DNA of 39,415 nt from a virus (taxonomy: Duplodnaviria; Caudoviricetes), in IMG/VR virus record IMGVR_UViG_3300044987_001885, positions 1 to 39,415 of that record; one strand, given 5' to 3'. The position numbers and the translations under genes are program-made. Below, in pieces: positions 9,804-17,587 of the stretch (within the stretch, counting starts at the first letter, position 1; each line of letters opens with the position of its first letter). Below the pieces are notes generated by a model. It was not told the DNA's origin. It did no database searches and was given only the letters and a program-made list of their open reading frames with translations.

Positions 9804-10045
9804 TGAAGACAAGGATGTGGTGGGATGGACAGGGCTGGGTTCTACAGACGGAGACGAACATCACGAAATCCAGACTCCTGCGAATGGTTGAGTACACCAA
9901 GGCTGACCAGGCGCGGCAGATGGGAACGATGCAGCCTGGTCCAACCTTCGATGTCTACGCAAAGGCTCTGGCGGCGCTGACCCCGGAGAATATCAGGATC
10001 GAACAGCCTCAAGGAGGGGCCAACAAATGTCAATTTATTCGATAA
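9800..10045 (+). CDS. Hypothetical protein
   Basis: ATGA coupling to the upstream gene; fills the gap before 10027. Confidence 0.5.
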   Translation: MMKTRMWWDGQGWVLQTETNITKSRLLRMVEYTKADQARQMGTMQPGPTFDVYAKALAALTPENIRIEQPQGGANKCQFIR

Positions 10046-10455
10046 GCAACAGGACGACCGGCGTCGGATCAGGAGCGGCGGGGCTTGAGATCCGCACCAC
10101 TGCGACCGAGCGGGCCAAGATCCTCGAAATCACCATCACGATGGCAGCGGCCACGGCCTCGTTGTTCGGCATCGGACGCCCCCAGGCCATCGGAGTCACC
10201 CCGACGACCCCCGTGACGGTAATCCCCGAGGACTTCGCCGAGCCAGCCGGTTCGACGACAACCGCCCTTGCGTGGGGTACACCACCCACCGTGCCACTGT
10301 TCTTCTTCCGCAGGATCAACCTTCCGGCCACCATAGGGGCAGGGCGCGTGATCACCTTCCCGCGTGGTCTCGTGATACCCGTATCGTCCAGTCTGGTGGT
10401 CTGGAACCTTGCCGCCAACGGCGTTTCTGACATCGACGTAGTACTGGACGAGTGA
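10027..10455 (+). CDS. Hypothetical beta-rich (probable structural) protein
   Basis: AAGGAGG RBS; beta-strand-rich composition. Confidence 0.6.
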   Translation: MSIYSISNRTTGVGSGAAGLEIRTTATERAKILEITITMAAATASLFGIGRPQAIGVTPTTPVTVIPEDFAEPAGSTTTALAWGTPPTVPLFFFRRINLPATIGAGRVITFPRGLVIPVSSSLVVWNLAANGVSDIDVVLDE

Positions 10456-10456
10456 T

Positions 10457-10954
10457 ATGGGCCAGCAATTTCTCCCGAATCTCAGCGCAGTAGCTCCTGC
10501 CATGTACCTTCGGGAGTCATTGCAGGACAGGATGGCGATGGAGACCGACGATCCGGTCCCGTGGCATTTCGTGGAATTCAACCCCTTCGACAGGAATCTC
10601 AGGTTTGGCCGGTGGCCGACGCGGGACAAGCTGTTTGGCGGGGCAGGATTTGCCGATGCCATGTTCGGTAATCCCTGGCTCGACTTGATACCCCAGGAGA
10701 TAACGGGCCACAGCGGCTTCATCTACCGGATAGTCGGGACCGTCGTGAACAACATCGGCACGCCCGTCGCTGGAATCACCTGTACGCTCTACAATACATC
10801 GGACAAGAGCGTGCAGGGAGTCACGACCACCAACGAGTTCGGACGGTACGGCTTCGGGGTTCCTGACTCATCGACGAAGTACTACATCATCGCTTCCCAG
10901 GAATCACCTGCCATCTTCGCCGGTTCGGTCAACACACTGGTAGGTTCCTTGTGA
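10457..10954 (+). CDS. Protein with C-terminal carboxypeptidase-regulatory/SdrD-B-like beta-sandwich
   Basis: IVGTVVNNIGTPVAGITCTLY..TTTNEFGRYGF is the prealbumin-like fold pattern. Confidence 0.6.
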   Translation: MGQQFLPNLSAVAPAMYLRESLQDRMAMETDDPVPWHFVEFNPFDRNLRFGRWPTRDKLFGGAGFADAMFGNPWLDLIPQEITGHSGFIYRIVGTVVNNIGTPVAGITCTLYNTSDKSVQGVTTTNEFGRYGFGVPDSSTKYYIIASQESPAIFAGSVNTLVGSL

Positions 10955-11148
10955 TAGTCAACCTGGTCGCATACCCCAAGGACGCGAGTCCCGCGCTTGT
11001 AGTGCGCGACCAGGCCGCACCACTGTCCAACATTAAAAACATCCAGAACAACATCGTCCTGTTTGTCCCGGGTCTGGCTGCCGAACCACCCACCCCGGCA
11101 GAGATCGCCGAGGCTGTATGGTCCAGGATAGGACGCACCCTCACATGA
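10951..11148 (+). CDS. Hypothetical protein with IAEAVW..RTLT motif
   Basis: GTGA overlap start; motif shared with the next gene. Confidence 0.5.
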   Translation: MIVNLVAYPKDASPALVVRDQAAPLSNIKNIQNNIVLFVPGLAAEPPTPAEIAEAVWSRIGRTLT

Positions 11149-11672
11149 TGACCGTCGATGAGATCGTAGACGCGATATGGGCGCACCCCTCACGCACTGT
11201 TGACGCATTAACCCCATCCGCTTCAAACGGGTCGTACATAGACAGCGTAGCCTACGCGGTCTGGACCTACCCGACCAGGACGGTCAGCGGTGGGGTAAGC
11301 CTTGTGGCCCTGGGCCAGATAGCCGAACCCACCACAGGGAAACCGGCAGTCGGCCAGACGCACACCCTAACCGCTTTGGGCCAGGTGTCGGAGCCCACGA
11401 CCGGGCAACCACAGATCGGGCAGACCCACACGCTCACCGCGCGCGGGCAATCCGCCCTTCCGGTAACAGGAAAGCCCGTGCTTTCCGTGCCCGTGAAGGA
11501 AGTATCGAGGACGGTCTACGGCACGGGCGGGATGGGGGACGGTGGGCAACCCGACAGCTTCAGGCTTGACGTTCCAGTGGGGCTAAGAAGCCCGTTCAGG
11601 AACGAATTCAGGGGGCTGTCAAAGCCGTTCTCGAAGAAGGTGTTTTCTGGGCTGTCCAAGGTTATCAAGTAA
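11145..11672 (+). CDS. Hypothetical repeat protein
   Basis: ATGA overlap; two A(V/I)W..RTV motifs and three ~21-aa LxAxGQxxxPxTGxP repeats. Confidence 0.55.
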   Translation: MMTVDEIVDAIWAHPSRTVDALTPSASNGSYIDSVAYAVWTYPTRTVSGGVSLVALGQIAEPTTGKPAVGQTHTLTALGQVSEPTTGQPQIGQTHTLTARGQSALPVTGKPVLSVPVKEVSRTVYGTGGMGDGGQPDSFRLDVPVGLRSPFRNEFRGLSKPFSKKVFSGLSKVIK

Positions 11673-12194
11673 CTACTTCCCAGCCCGGTACTTCTTCAAC
11701 AACCTCTCCACCGCCAGCCCCTCCCCCGCGTTGTAGACGGGTATGACGTAGGGAACAAGCCCGCCCTTCCTTGCTGAGTAGGCTTTCTTCACGAGGGACA
11801 GGATGGCCTCCCGCTCCTCCTTCGGCAGGCTCTCGCTGAACCTCGCCACCGGTTCCCCGTCGATGAGCAGGACGCCCGCCTTGATCGTGGCCGTCACCTC
11901 GGGCAACTCGTTCGACTTCCTAGGCCGTGACCACGCGGCGAATTCCTTGTTGGAATCCTCCCTGAAGTGCTTCAGGGTCTCCTTCTTGTCACCGCATAAC
12001 CGGAGCGCCTGGTTGAAGTACCGCAGTTTCGACACCCTTCCCTCCAGGGGGATGTTCCGCAAATCCTTCCTATGGTCGATCCACGCCTCCGCGCAGCGCC
12101 TCCTGGCCGAGATCGTGGCCGATGGCATACCCAGCCTCTCCGACTGCTGCACCCGGTAGGCCCTTAGGTTCGGGAACCCGCCCTGCCGCCACAA
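11673..12194 (-). CDS. Hypothetical leftward protein; start uncertain, possibly frameshifted from ATG at 12238
   Basis: Only substantial minus-strand gene; stop abuts the convergent gene at 11672; lies downstream of a leftward promoter. Confidence 0.55.
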   Translation of the reverse strand: MWRQGGFPNLRAYRVQQSERLGMPSATISARRRCAEAWIDHRKDLRNIPLEGRVSKLRYFNQALRLCGDKKETLKHFREDSNKEFAAWSRPRKSNELPEVTATIKAGVLLIDGEPVARFSESLPKEEREAILSLVKKAYSARKGGLVPYVIPVYNAGEGLAVERLLKKYRAGK

Positions 12195-12225
12195 CTTACA
12201 TATTGTTCCAAAGTATCGAATTGTT

Positions 12226-12333
12226 CTACCAGAGACATCGAATTGTTCCTAGTTCAATCTTCGTCCTATCCTTATCCGTCATGCGAATCTGCACCCGCTC
12301 CTGTTTAGGCTCAGGGTCTACCGATCTACCCAT
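12226..12333 (-). CDS. Short ribbon-helix-helix-like peptide (35 aa), possibly truncated
   Basis: GGAGG RBS 5 nt before ATG; MGRSVDPEPKQERVQIRMTDKDRTKIE looks like an RHH strand plus helix A. Confidence 0.45.
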   Translation of the reverse strand: MGRSVDPEPKQERVQIRMTDKDRTKIELGTIRCLW

Positions 12334-12356
12334 GTCAACCTCCGATACTTATTACC

Positions 12357-12385
12357 ATTGTATACCCAATATGTAAAAATAGCAA
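12357..12385 (-). promoter_or_regulatory. Leftward sigma70-type promoter
   Basis: TTGCTA (12385-12380), 17 bp, TACAAT (12362-12357) on the minus strand. Confidence 0.6.
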
Positions 12386-12403
12386 AAAATTTAATAAAAA
12401 GTG

Positions 12404-12432
12404 TTGACATGGAGCCTATTGTCAGCTATAGT
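12404..12432 (+). promoter_or_regulatory. Rightward strong sigma70-type early promoter with UP element and overlapping imperfect palindrome
   Basis: TTGACA, 17 bp, TATAGT; A-tracts upstream; TGACA-N10-TGTCA spans the -35 and spacer. Confidence 0.8.
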
Positions 12433-12438
12433 CCCGTC

Positions 12439-12630
12439 ATGATGTACTTGAATATCGTTATGGATCAGGAAATGAAGAGCCGGATCAGGCAGCTTGGACG
12501 CAAGCACAAGCGTTCCATGGGGTCTGAGGCCTACTACCTGATCGAGGTCGGCATGCAGTCGCTTGGTGAACTGCCTGCCAATGAGTCGGGTCAGTCCGCG
12601 ACTGACGTAGAACAGGGGGGTCGGGCATGA
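12439..12630 (+). CDS. Arc-like ribbon-helix-helix repressor, probably leaderless
   Basis: YLNIVMDQEMKSRIRQLGRKHKRSMGSEAYYLI parallels P22 Arc (..NGRSVNSEIYQRV); ATG 6 nt after the -10 box. Confidence 0.7.
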   Translation: MMYLNIVMDQEMKSRIRQLGRKHKRSMGSEAYYLIEVGMQSLGELPANESGQSATDVEQGGRA

Positions 12631-13151
12631 CCACGAAAGAGATCGCGCAGGCAGTCGGAAAGGACGAAAGGACCATCCAGAGGTGGGCGGCAAGTGTTGG
12701 CGACAAAATGTCGTCCATTAGCGACAAAATGTCGTCCAGCACATCAACGCATCCAGCAGACTTCACCCTTACGGAAACCATGGCTATCATCGAGAAGGGC
12801 ATGGGCAAGAACGCGGCTGACATCTGGAGGGAGAACGCCACCAGGAACGCGGTTGCCCGACCAGACGACCGCATGGCCCGCCTTGAGGGCATGGTGGAAA
12901 AGCTCTGCAACGTAATGGCTGCACAGATCAACCGCCCACAGATCGAGTTCGTGCAGGACTACTACACGATCAAGGGCTACGCCTCCAAGCTCGGGATGCA
13001 GATAGCCTTCTCCGACGCCCTTCACCTTGGACGTGAGGCCGGGAAGGTATCGCGGGAGCGGAGCATCGAGGTACGGAAGGCCGACGACGAGCGGTTCGGG
13101 CAGGTCAATTCCTACCACACCGACGTGCTCAGGGAGGTTTTCCAGCTATGA
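12627..13151 (+). CDS. Antirepressor/Rha-like DNA-binding protein
   Basis: N-terminal HTH (MTTKEIAQAVGKDERTIQRW); C-terminal YYTIKGYA..LGR..DERFGQVNSYH domain seen in phage antirepressor-type proteins. Confidence 0.6.
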   Translation: MTTKEIAQAVGKDERTIQRWAASVGDKMSSISDKMSSSTSTHPADFTLTETMAIIEKGMGKNAADIWRENATRNAVARPDDRMARLEGMVEKLCNVMAAQINRPQIEFVQDYYTIKGYASKLGMQIAFSDALHLGREAGKVSRERSIEVRKADDERFGQVNSYHTDVLREVFQL

Positions 13152-13231
13152 AAACCGACTGGCTTGACGTATACCGTGAGCTCCAGAAGGTGCTCGCCAA
13201 AAGTCGTATCCGCATAAGGGTACGCAAGTGA
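13148..13231 (+). CDS. Very small hypothetical protein (27 aa)
   Basis: GGAGG upstream; ATGA and GTGA overlaps at both ends. Confidence 0.4.
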   Translation: MKTDWLDVYRELQKVLAKSRIRIRVRK

Positions 13232-13416
13232 GAAAGGCATCAGCCCGTCTGGTCGGGGCAACAGAGGCCGCCGACCGTCTGGGCCTCGCACGGTCAACCA
13301 TGCTCGACTACGCGGAAAAGGGACGGTTCCCGAGCCACAAGATCGGCAAGCGCGTCCTGTTCGCCACCGAGGACCTGGACAGGATCATCCTGGAATCGCG
13401 GAGGGAAGCGCTTTGA
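13228..13416 (+). CDS. Excisionase-like / HTH_17 DNA-binding protein
   Basis: EAADRLGLARSTM..GRFPSHKIGKRVLF..DLD winged-HTH pattern. Confidence 0.8.
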   Translation: MRKASARLVGATEAADRLGLARSTMLDYAEKGRFPSHKIGKRVLFATEDLDRIILESRREAL

Positions 13417-13712
13417 AGTACGGGAAAGAAGCCAAGCGCAAGACGCCCTACGCCGAGCGGAAGGCCATGGACGCCTACCGCCTTGAGCACCCTATCTGCG
13501 AGGCGTGCGGCAGGGAGCAGTCCCAGCACACCCACCACATCGTCACCAAGCGTGCTGGTGGACCGGGGGAGACGTGGAACTTTTTGGCACTCTGCGCGGT
13601 CTGTCATTCGACGATACACGATGCAGGGTGGAAAAGCTCCTGCGACAGGTTCCCCCGGATAGCCGGGAAGATTGTAGCCGCCCGTGTCACGGACGGAAGA
13701 AGCCTGAAATAA
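13413..13712 (+). CDS. HNH endonuclease
   Basis: CEACG..HHI..N..LCAVCHSTIH. Confidence 0.85.
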   Translation: MKYGKEAKRKTPYAERKAMDAYRLEHPICEACGREQSQHTHHIVTKRAGGPGETWNFLALCAVCHSTIHDAGWKSSCDRFPRIAGKIVAARVTDGRSLK

Positions 13713-13740
13713 AAAGCCCCCGGGGAGGTAATCCGGGGGC
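13711..13740 (-). terminator. GC-rich hairpin with minus-strand T-tract (possible intrinsic terminator)
   Basis: AAAAA gcccccgg-N9-ccgggggc. Confidence 0.4.
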
Positions 13741-13768
13741 CCAGCGAAACGCTGGAAAGGAAAGCGAA

Positions 13769-13978
13769 TTGAAGAATATCAGAATGATGTACCGCCCGTC
13801 AATGCAGATCGAGGTCCTTGAGGACGTGTACCAGATGCACCGCGGGGAAAAACGCCCCAACGGCATCCCGGTATCCATCGGGGACATCTCCCTGCTTCCC
13901 GACTCCTACGGCATGGCGTTCGGCCCGTGGTTCGACCTCTGCAAGCAGACTGTGGACGTGTACGAGGTGGTTTTATGA
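13769..13978 (+). CDS. Hypothetical protein
   Basis: TTG start after AAAGGA; ATGA overlap with the next gene. Confidence 0.45.
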   Translation: MKNIRMMYRPSMQIEVLEDVYQMHRGEKRPNGIPVSIGDISLLPDSYGMAFGPWFDLCKQTVDVYEVVL

Positions 13979-14835
13979 TCGACACCCAAGCCCTCGTACT
14001 GACCAACGCCGGGACCATCAAGGAACTTACCGACATGGCCCTGGGCAAGGAAGCCATCATAGACGCCGCCATGCAGACATTCAGCGTCGAGGCGTACTAC
14101 GACAACCTGGACGACGCCAAGAAGGACCGGGCGATATTCAACAGCATCGCTTCAGACATCAACAGCTTCCGCTTGGCTCGTGAACGGGAATACATGGAGG
14201 CTTTCGACCCGTTCAAGGAAGTGATGAACCGTCTCGTGACCAAGGTGAAGGCCGGATCAAACCAGCTTGGCGAGATCGTGAAAGCCGTTGAGGAGACGGA
14301 AAAGAACGAGAAGCGGATCGAGATCGAATCCACGTGGAACGTGTTCGGCTTCACCCTCATACCATTTGACCGCATCTTCGACCAGAAATGGTTGAACAAG
14401 GGAACCAAGCTCAAGGACATCAAGGTCGAGATGGAACGGCGGATAGCCAAGACCTACGAGGACATCGCCATCATCGAGAACTTCGGGCAGGACCAGGATA
14501 CCCTCAAGGCGATCTACCTTGATACCCTGGACATCGGGCAGGCCCTAGCCAAGGGACAGCAACTCAAGGCCAACCGCGAGAGGATTGAACGCGACGAGGC
14601 TGAGCGCCCCGCCCGTGACAAGGCAGAGAGGGAGGCGAGGGAGCGTGCGGAGCTTGCCAGGGAAGCCGCAAGGGCCCTGGAAGCCGACAAGGCGTCAACC
14701 CTCGCATCCGAGGCCGACGAGGAAGCGAAAGACCCGCTGGTGACCATCACCCTTGAATTCACCGGGACCAGGGCATCATTAGTAGCCCTCAAGGCCTACA
14801 TGCTCGACCAGGGCATAACCTACAGGAAGCTCTGA
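13975..14835 (+). CDS. DUF1351-like coiled-coil protein of phage recombination modules
   Basis: AKKDRAIFN..F..E..KR..I..KWLNKGT..YL.TLD pattern; GAGGTGG RBS. Confidence 0.7.
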   Translation: MIDTQALVLTNAGTIKELTDMALGKEAIIDAAMQTFSVEAYYDNLDDAKKDRAIFNSIASDINSFRLAREREYMEAFDPFKEVMNRLVTKVKAGSNQLGEIVKAVEETEKNEKRIEIESTWNVFGFTLIPFDRIFDQKWLNKGTKLKDIKVEMERRIAKTYEDIAIIENFGQDQDTLKAIYLDTLDIGQALAKGQQLKANRERIERDEAERPARDKAEREARERAELAREAARALEADKASTLASEADEEAKDPLVTITLEFTGTRASLVALKAYMLDQGITYRKL

Positions 14836-14975
14836 TGGAGATAGATTTGAATCTGGTCCGGGAACACCTGGACAACAAGTACTACGAGGACTCGAACTTC
14901 CGCAGGAACGTGGAAGAGCTTATACGCATAGCCGAAAAGGCAAAGGAAGGACAAAATGGGAGTGATCGCGACTGA
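14835..14975 (+). CDS. Small hypothetical protein (46 aa)
   Basis: TGATG coupling. Confidence 0.45.
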   Translation: MEIDLNLVREHLDNKYYEDSNFRRNVEELIRIAEKAKEGQNGSDRD

Positions 14976-15522
14976 TACAGGTGGTGATTTTGAGCCTATC
15001 CCCCTCGGGCTTCACAGGGCAATCTGCCTGAACGTGTTCGACATCGGGTTCCAGCCCGGATACCAGGGCGCACCGCCAGCCCACAAAGTGGTTATCCTTT
15101 GGGAGATCGAGCCTAGAAACCGGCAGGGCAAGCGCTTCACCATCACCAAGTTCTACACCCTGAGCCTGTTCGAGAAGGCTACCCTTGGTGCGGACCTTAT
15201 CTCCTGGAGGGGCAAGCCCTTCACCGACGCCGAGCGGAAAGGCTTCGACCTTGACGCCATCAAGGGAAAGCCCTGCCAGCTCAACATCGTACCCAAGGGC
15301 GAGAAGGCTGCCATCGCCTCCGTTCTCCCGGCCCAGAGGGTAGCCAACCCCGCCACCGGGAAGAATGAGCCTACCATGCACTGGCAGCCCGAGACCCCGG
15401 CATCCTTCGTGCCCAACTTTGTCGAGCGGATGATAGCCCAGCAGCTTCCACCCCCGGCCCCTGCCACGGGAACCACCATGCGCGAGAGCGACGACGGGTT
15501 TACGGACGAGATACCGTTCTGA
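14956..15522 (+). CDS. Putative single-stranded DNA-binding protein (NGO0469-like family)
   Basis: FEPIPLGLHRAIC..DIGFQ..EKATL..L.SWRG..GFDL..GKPCQLNI and acidic C-terminal DDGFTDEIPF tail. Confidence 0.65.
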   Translation: MGVIATDTGGDFEPIPLGLHRAICLNVFDIGFQPGYQGAPPAHKVVILWEIEPRNRQGKRFTITKFYTLSLFEKATLGADLISWRGKPFTDAERKGFDLDAIKGKPCQLNIVPKGEKAAIASVLPAQRVANPATGKNEPTMHWQPETPASFVPNFVERMIAQQLPPPAPATGTTMRESDDGFTDEIPF

Positions 15523-15536
15523 TCCAGGAGAAAAAT

Positions 15537-15908
15537 ATGGACATGCAAGACCTGTTTGAAGAGAAGCGTGAAATAAGGATGATGGATCTAATAGAGGAAT
15601 ACTCACCTGCATTCTATGAAGAATACATGAACCGGAGAATAGACAGGTATGGAAGGAGAGGGAACACTCGCAGGTCAATGGAATTGCATCAATGGATGAC
15701 AAAGAATGGTCTGCTCCGCGAGGATCGTCAGGAGGTTGACTACTATTTCAACGTAACCAGGAAAACAGTTCATACGACTCGTGCAATATTCATTTCCACC
15801 CGTCCGGATATATTCTCCGTAAGGGCAAATTGCGTTTGGGTGGATTTTCGGATGAGGCACGAGTTCCTCTCGCTGCTTGGAATACCTGAGAGTAAAGACA
15901 GCAAATGA
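15537..15908 (+). CDS. Hypothetical AT-richer accessory protein
   Basis: AGGAG RBS; codon usage visibly AT-richer than its neighbours. Confidence 0.6.
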   Translation: MDMQDLFEEKREIRMMDLIEEYSPAFYEEYMNRRIDRYGRRGNTRRSMELHQWMTKNGLLREDRQEVDYYFNVTRKTVHTTRAIFISTRPDIFSVRANCVWVDFRMRHEFLSLLGIPESKDSK

Positions 15909-16402
15909 CCATACGGATAACCGCGCCCAACACATTCGAGGGGGACGAGCCCATTGTCGGGCGCGATTATTCGCTCACCGACGTGTCCGAAGGGACCGCC
16001 GCCCAGAACGCCGCATTCCACGGGCTTGTGTCGGCGTACTGGGTATCGGGTGCCCACAGCTACACGGCCAAGACCTATGACGAGTTCCGGAACCAGATCA
16101 AGCGGTCGTTGGGTGCGGGCTTCGAGTCCTACCTGTACGCCTGCTTCCAGGACGGAAAGGCGGTCGTCAGGGAAGTGGGGACTTTCGCCGAGATCCCCAA
16201 GGGCATACGGATCGACCCCGACTTCCGCCAGATGATACGGGGCAGGCTGAAAAGCTGGTCAACCTACACAAAGCGGGAGCGGACGGACACGATAGACCGG
16301 CTGATCGCCGAGATGCACCAGGCCGGGGTGAACACGAGGAAATTCCACGAAGTTCTTGCTGGACTAGAGGAGAAAGCTGATGACAGAAGCAGAGCAGGCT
16401 GA
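15905..16402 (+). CDS. NinB/Orf-like recombination-associated protein
   Basis: TAAQNAAFH near the N-terminus and KSWSTYTKRE..IDRLI near the C-terminus resemble the NinB/YbcN pattern. Confidence 0.5.
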   Translation: MTIRITAPNTFEGDEPIVGRDYSLTDVSEGTAAQNAAFHGLVSAYWVSGAHSYTAKTYDEFRNQIKRSLGAGFESYLYACFQDGKAVVREVGTFAEIPKGIRIDPDFRQMIRGRLKSWSTYTKRERTDTIDRLIAEMHQAGVNTRKFHEVLAGLEEKADDRSRAG

Positions 16403-16586
16403 AAAAGACATGGTTCACATAGGCATGAGGCTGGTAAAGGTGAGGCTGGGTATCATCCAGGACATGGTTGAGGCGGCTCGGGACTTCGACGGCCTGAACA
16501 ACCACTGGGACAACATGGACGGGATATGGTCCGCACTCGCGGACGGGATCAAGATACTCGGATCGGCGCTGGACGATGAAAAATAG
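16380..16586 (+). CDS. Hypothetical protein
   Basis: GAGGAG RBS; overlaps the upstream gene. Confidence 0.55.
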   Translation: MTEAEQAEKDMVHIGMRLVKVRLGIIQDMVEAARDFDGLNNHWDNMDGIWSALADGIKILGSALDDEK

Positions 16587-16725
16587 TTGCGATTTTCGTC
16601 CACCACTTCCGTGGATTCCGAAAACGGGACGCGGGTGTATTGCCCGCATTTGTGGCAAGGTGGATAATCTGATGGTCCGCGTATTGGCAGTACGTAGACA
16701 AATGGTCCTGCATGGGACAATATAC

Positions 16726-16794
16726 AGAGGGCTTGTTGACCGCAGGGGTGCATGCACATCCCTAACCCTGCCAAGGGCGGTCAACAAGCCCTTT
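16726..16794 (+). ncRNA. Candidate structured RNA (three-way junction) upstream of the replication initiator
   Basis: Perfect 16-bp inverted repeat 16728-16743/16777-16792 enclosing two small hairpins. Confidence 0.4.
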
Positions 16795-16810
16795 ATGTTT
16801 GGGTGACATA

Positions 16811-17587
16811 ATGGCGAAAAAGGCCGGGGTGATAATCCCATACAAATACCGAAAATTGCTTGAAGCCATCCCCAGGGAAGATAGGGGGGACATTCTTATG
16901 GCAGCACTTTTATACGACGAGACAGGCGATATACCTACATTCGAAAACCCTGCGACCAACATGCTCTTTATGGCTATGGTTATGGACTTCGACTACCTGA
17001 AGGACAGCTGGAACAGAAGGCAGGAAGCTCAGAAGTCAAACGGGATGAAGGGTGGCAGGCCAACCGAACCCAACCGAACCCAAGCTAACCCAAATAACCC
17101 AACCGAACCCAAGCTAACCCAAATAACCCCTCTTGATATTGGTATTGATATTGATATTGGTAATGATATTGGGAAAGAGAAAGAGAATATTCCTTTTTCA
17201 CTTTCCAGGGAATTGAACACAAACAAGGAAAGGATCGGAACCAGGATAGACAGGGCCATCGGGATATGGAACGACCTGCATATCAAGCCTCCCTGCCGCA
17301 AGACATCGCTGACCATACCGCAGGATAGGATGCGTGAGCTTATCGCCACCTTCACTTCCTATTCTGACCATGAGATCAAAGAAGCACTTGAGAACTATTC
17401 GGGTATCGGCTGCTCCACCTCCCATGACCTGTTCCCCGAGTACGGAAGCGCCGACGGGTTCCTGGCCTCAGGGGTGGAAAAGTACACTTCGGAAGCCGAC
17501 CCGTGGAAGCGGTGCGAGCGTGAAAAGACCGCCGACGAAAGATGGGACGAACGGGCCAGGGAAATCCTGGAACAGGAGGCACAATGA
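16811..17587 (+). CDS. Replication initiator (DUF6291-like N-terminus, lambda-O-type organisation)
   Basis: LLEAIPREDRGDILMAALLY..NGMKGGRP followed by a low-complexity iteron-encoded linker and DIDIDIG. Confidence 0.75.
   Translation: MAKKAGVIIPYKYRKLLEAIPREDRGDILMAALLYDETGDIPTFENPATNMLFMAMVMDFDYLKDSWNRRQEAQKSNGMKGGRPTEPNRTQANPNNPTEPKLTQITPLDIGIDIDIGNDIGKEKENIPFSLSRELNTNKERIGTRIDRAIGIWNDLHIKPPCRKTSLTIPQDRMRELIATFTSYSDHEIKEALENYSGIGCSTSHDLFPEYGSADGFLASGVEKYTSEADPWKRCEREKTADERWDERAREILEQEAQ
17060..17172. repeat. Putative replication origin: seven 9-10 bp iterons followed by AT-rich hexamer repeats
   Basis: CAACCGAACC x3, CAAGCTAACC x2, CAAATAACC x2, then GATATT/GGTATT repeats. Confidence 0.7.

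Noticed and set aside
4500-11672. Diversity-generating retroelement, expected from the BPP-1-like virion genes
   Set aside because: No reverse-transcriptase motifs and no adenine-mismatched TR/VR repeat pair were seen
12358-12438. Longer N-terminus for the Arc-like gene as given in the ORF track
   Set aside because: It would run through the promoter region; the RHH-like sequence starts at 12439
16726-16794. tRNA
   Set aside because: Multi-stem structure but no T-loop or D-loop consensus, anticodon arm or CCA end
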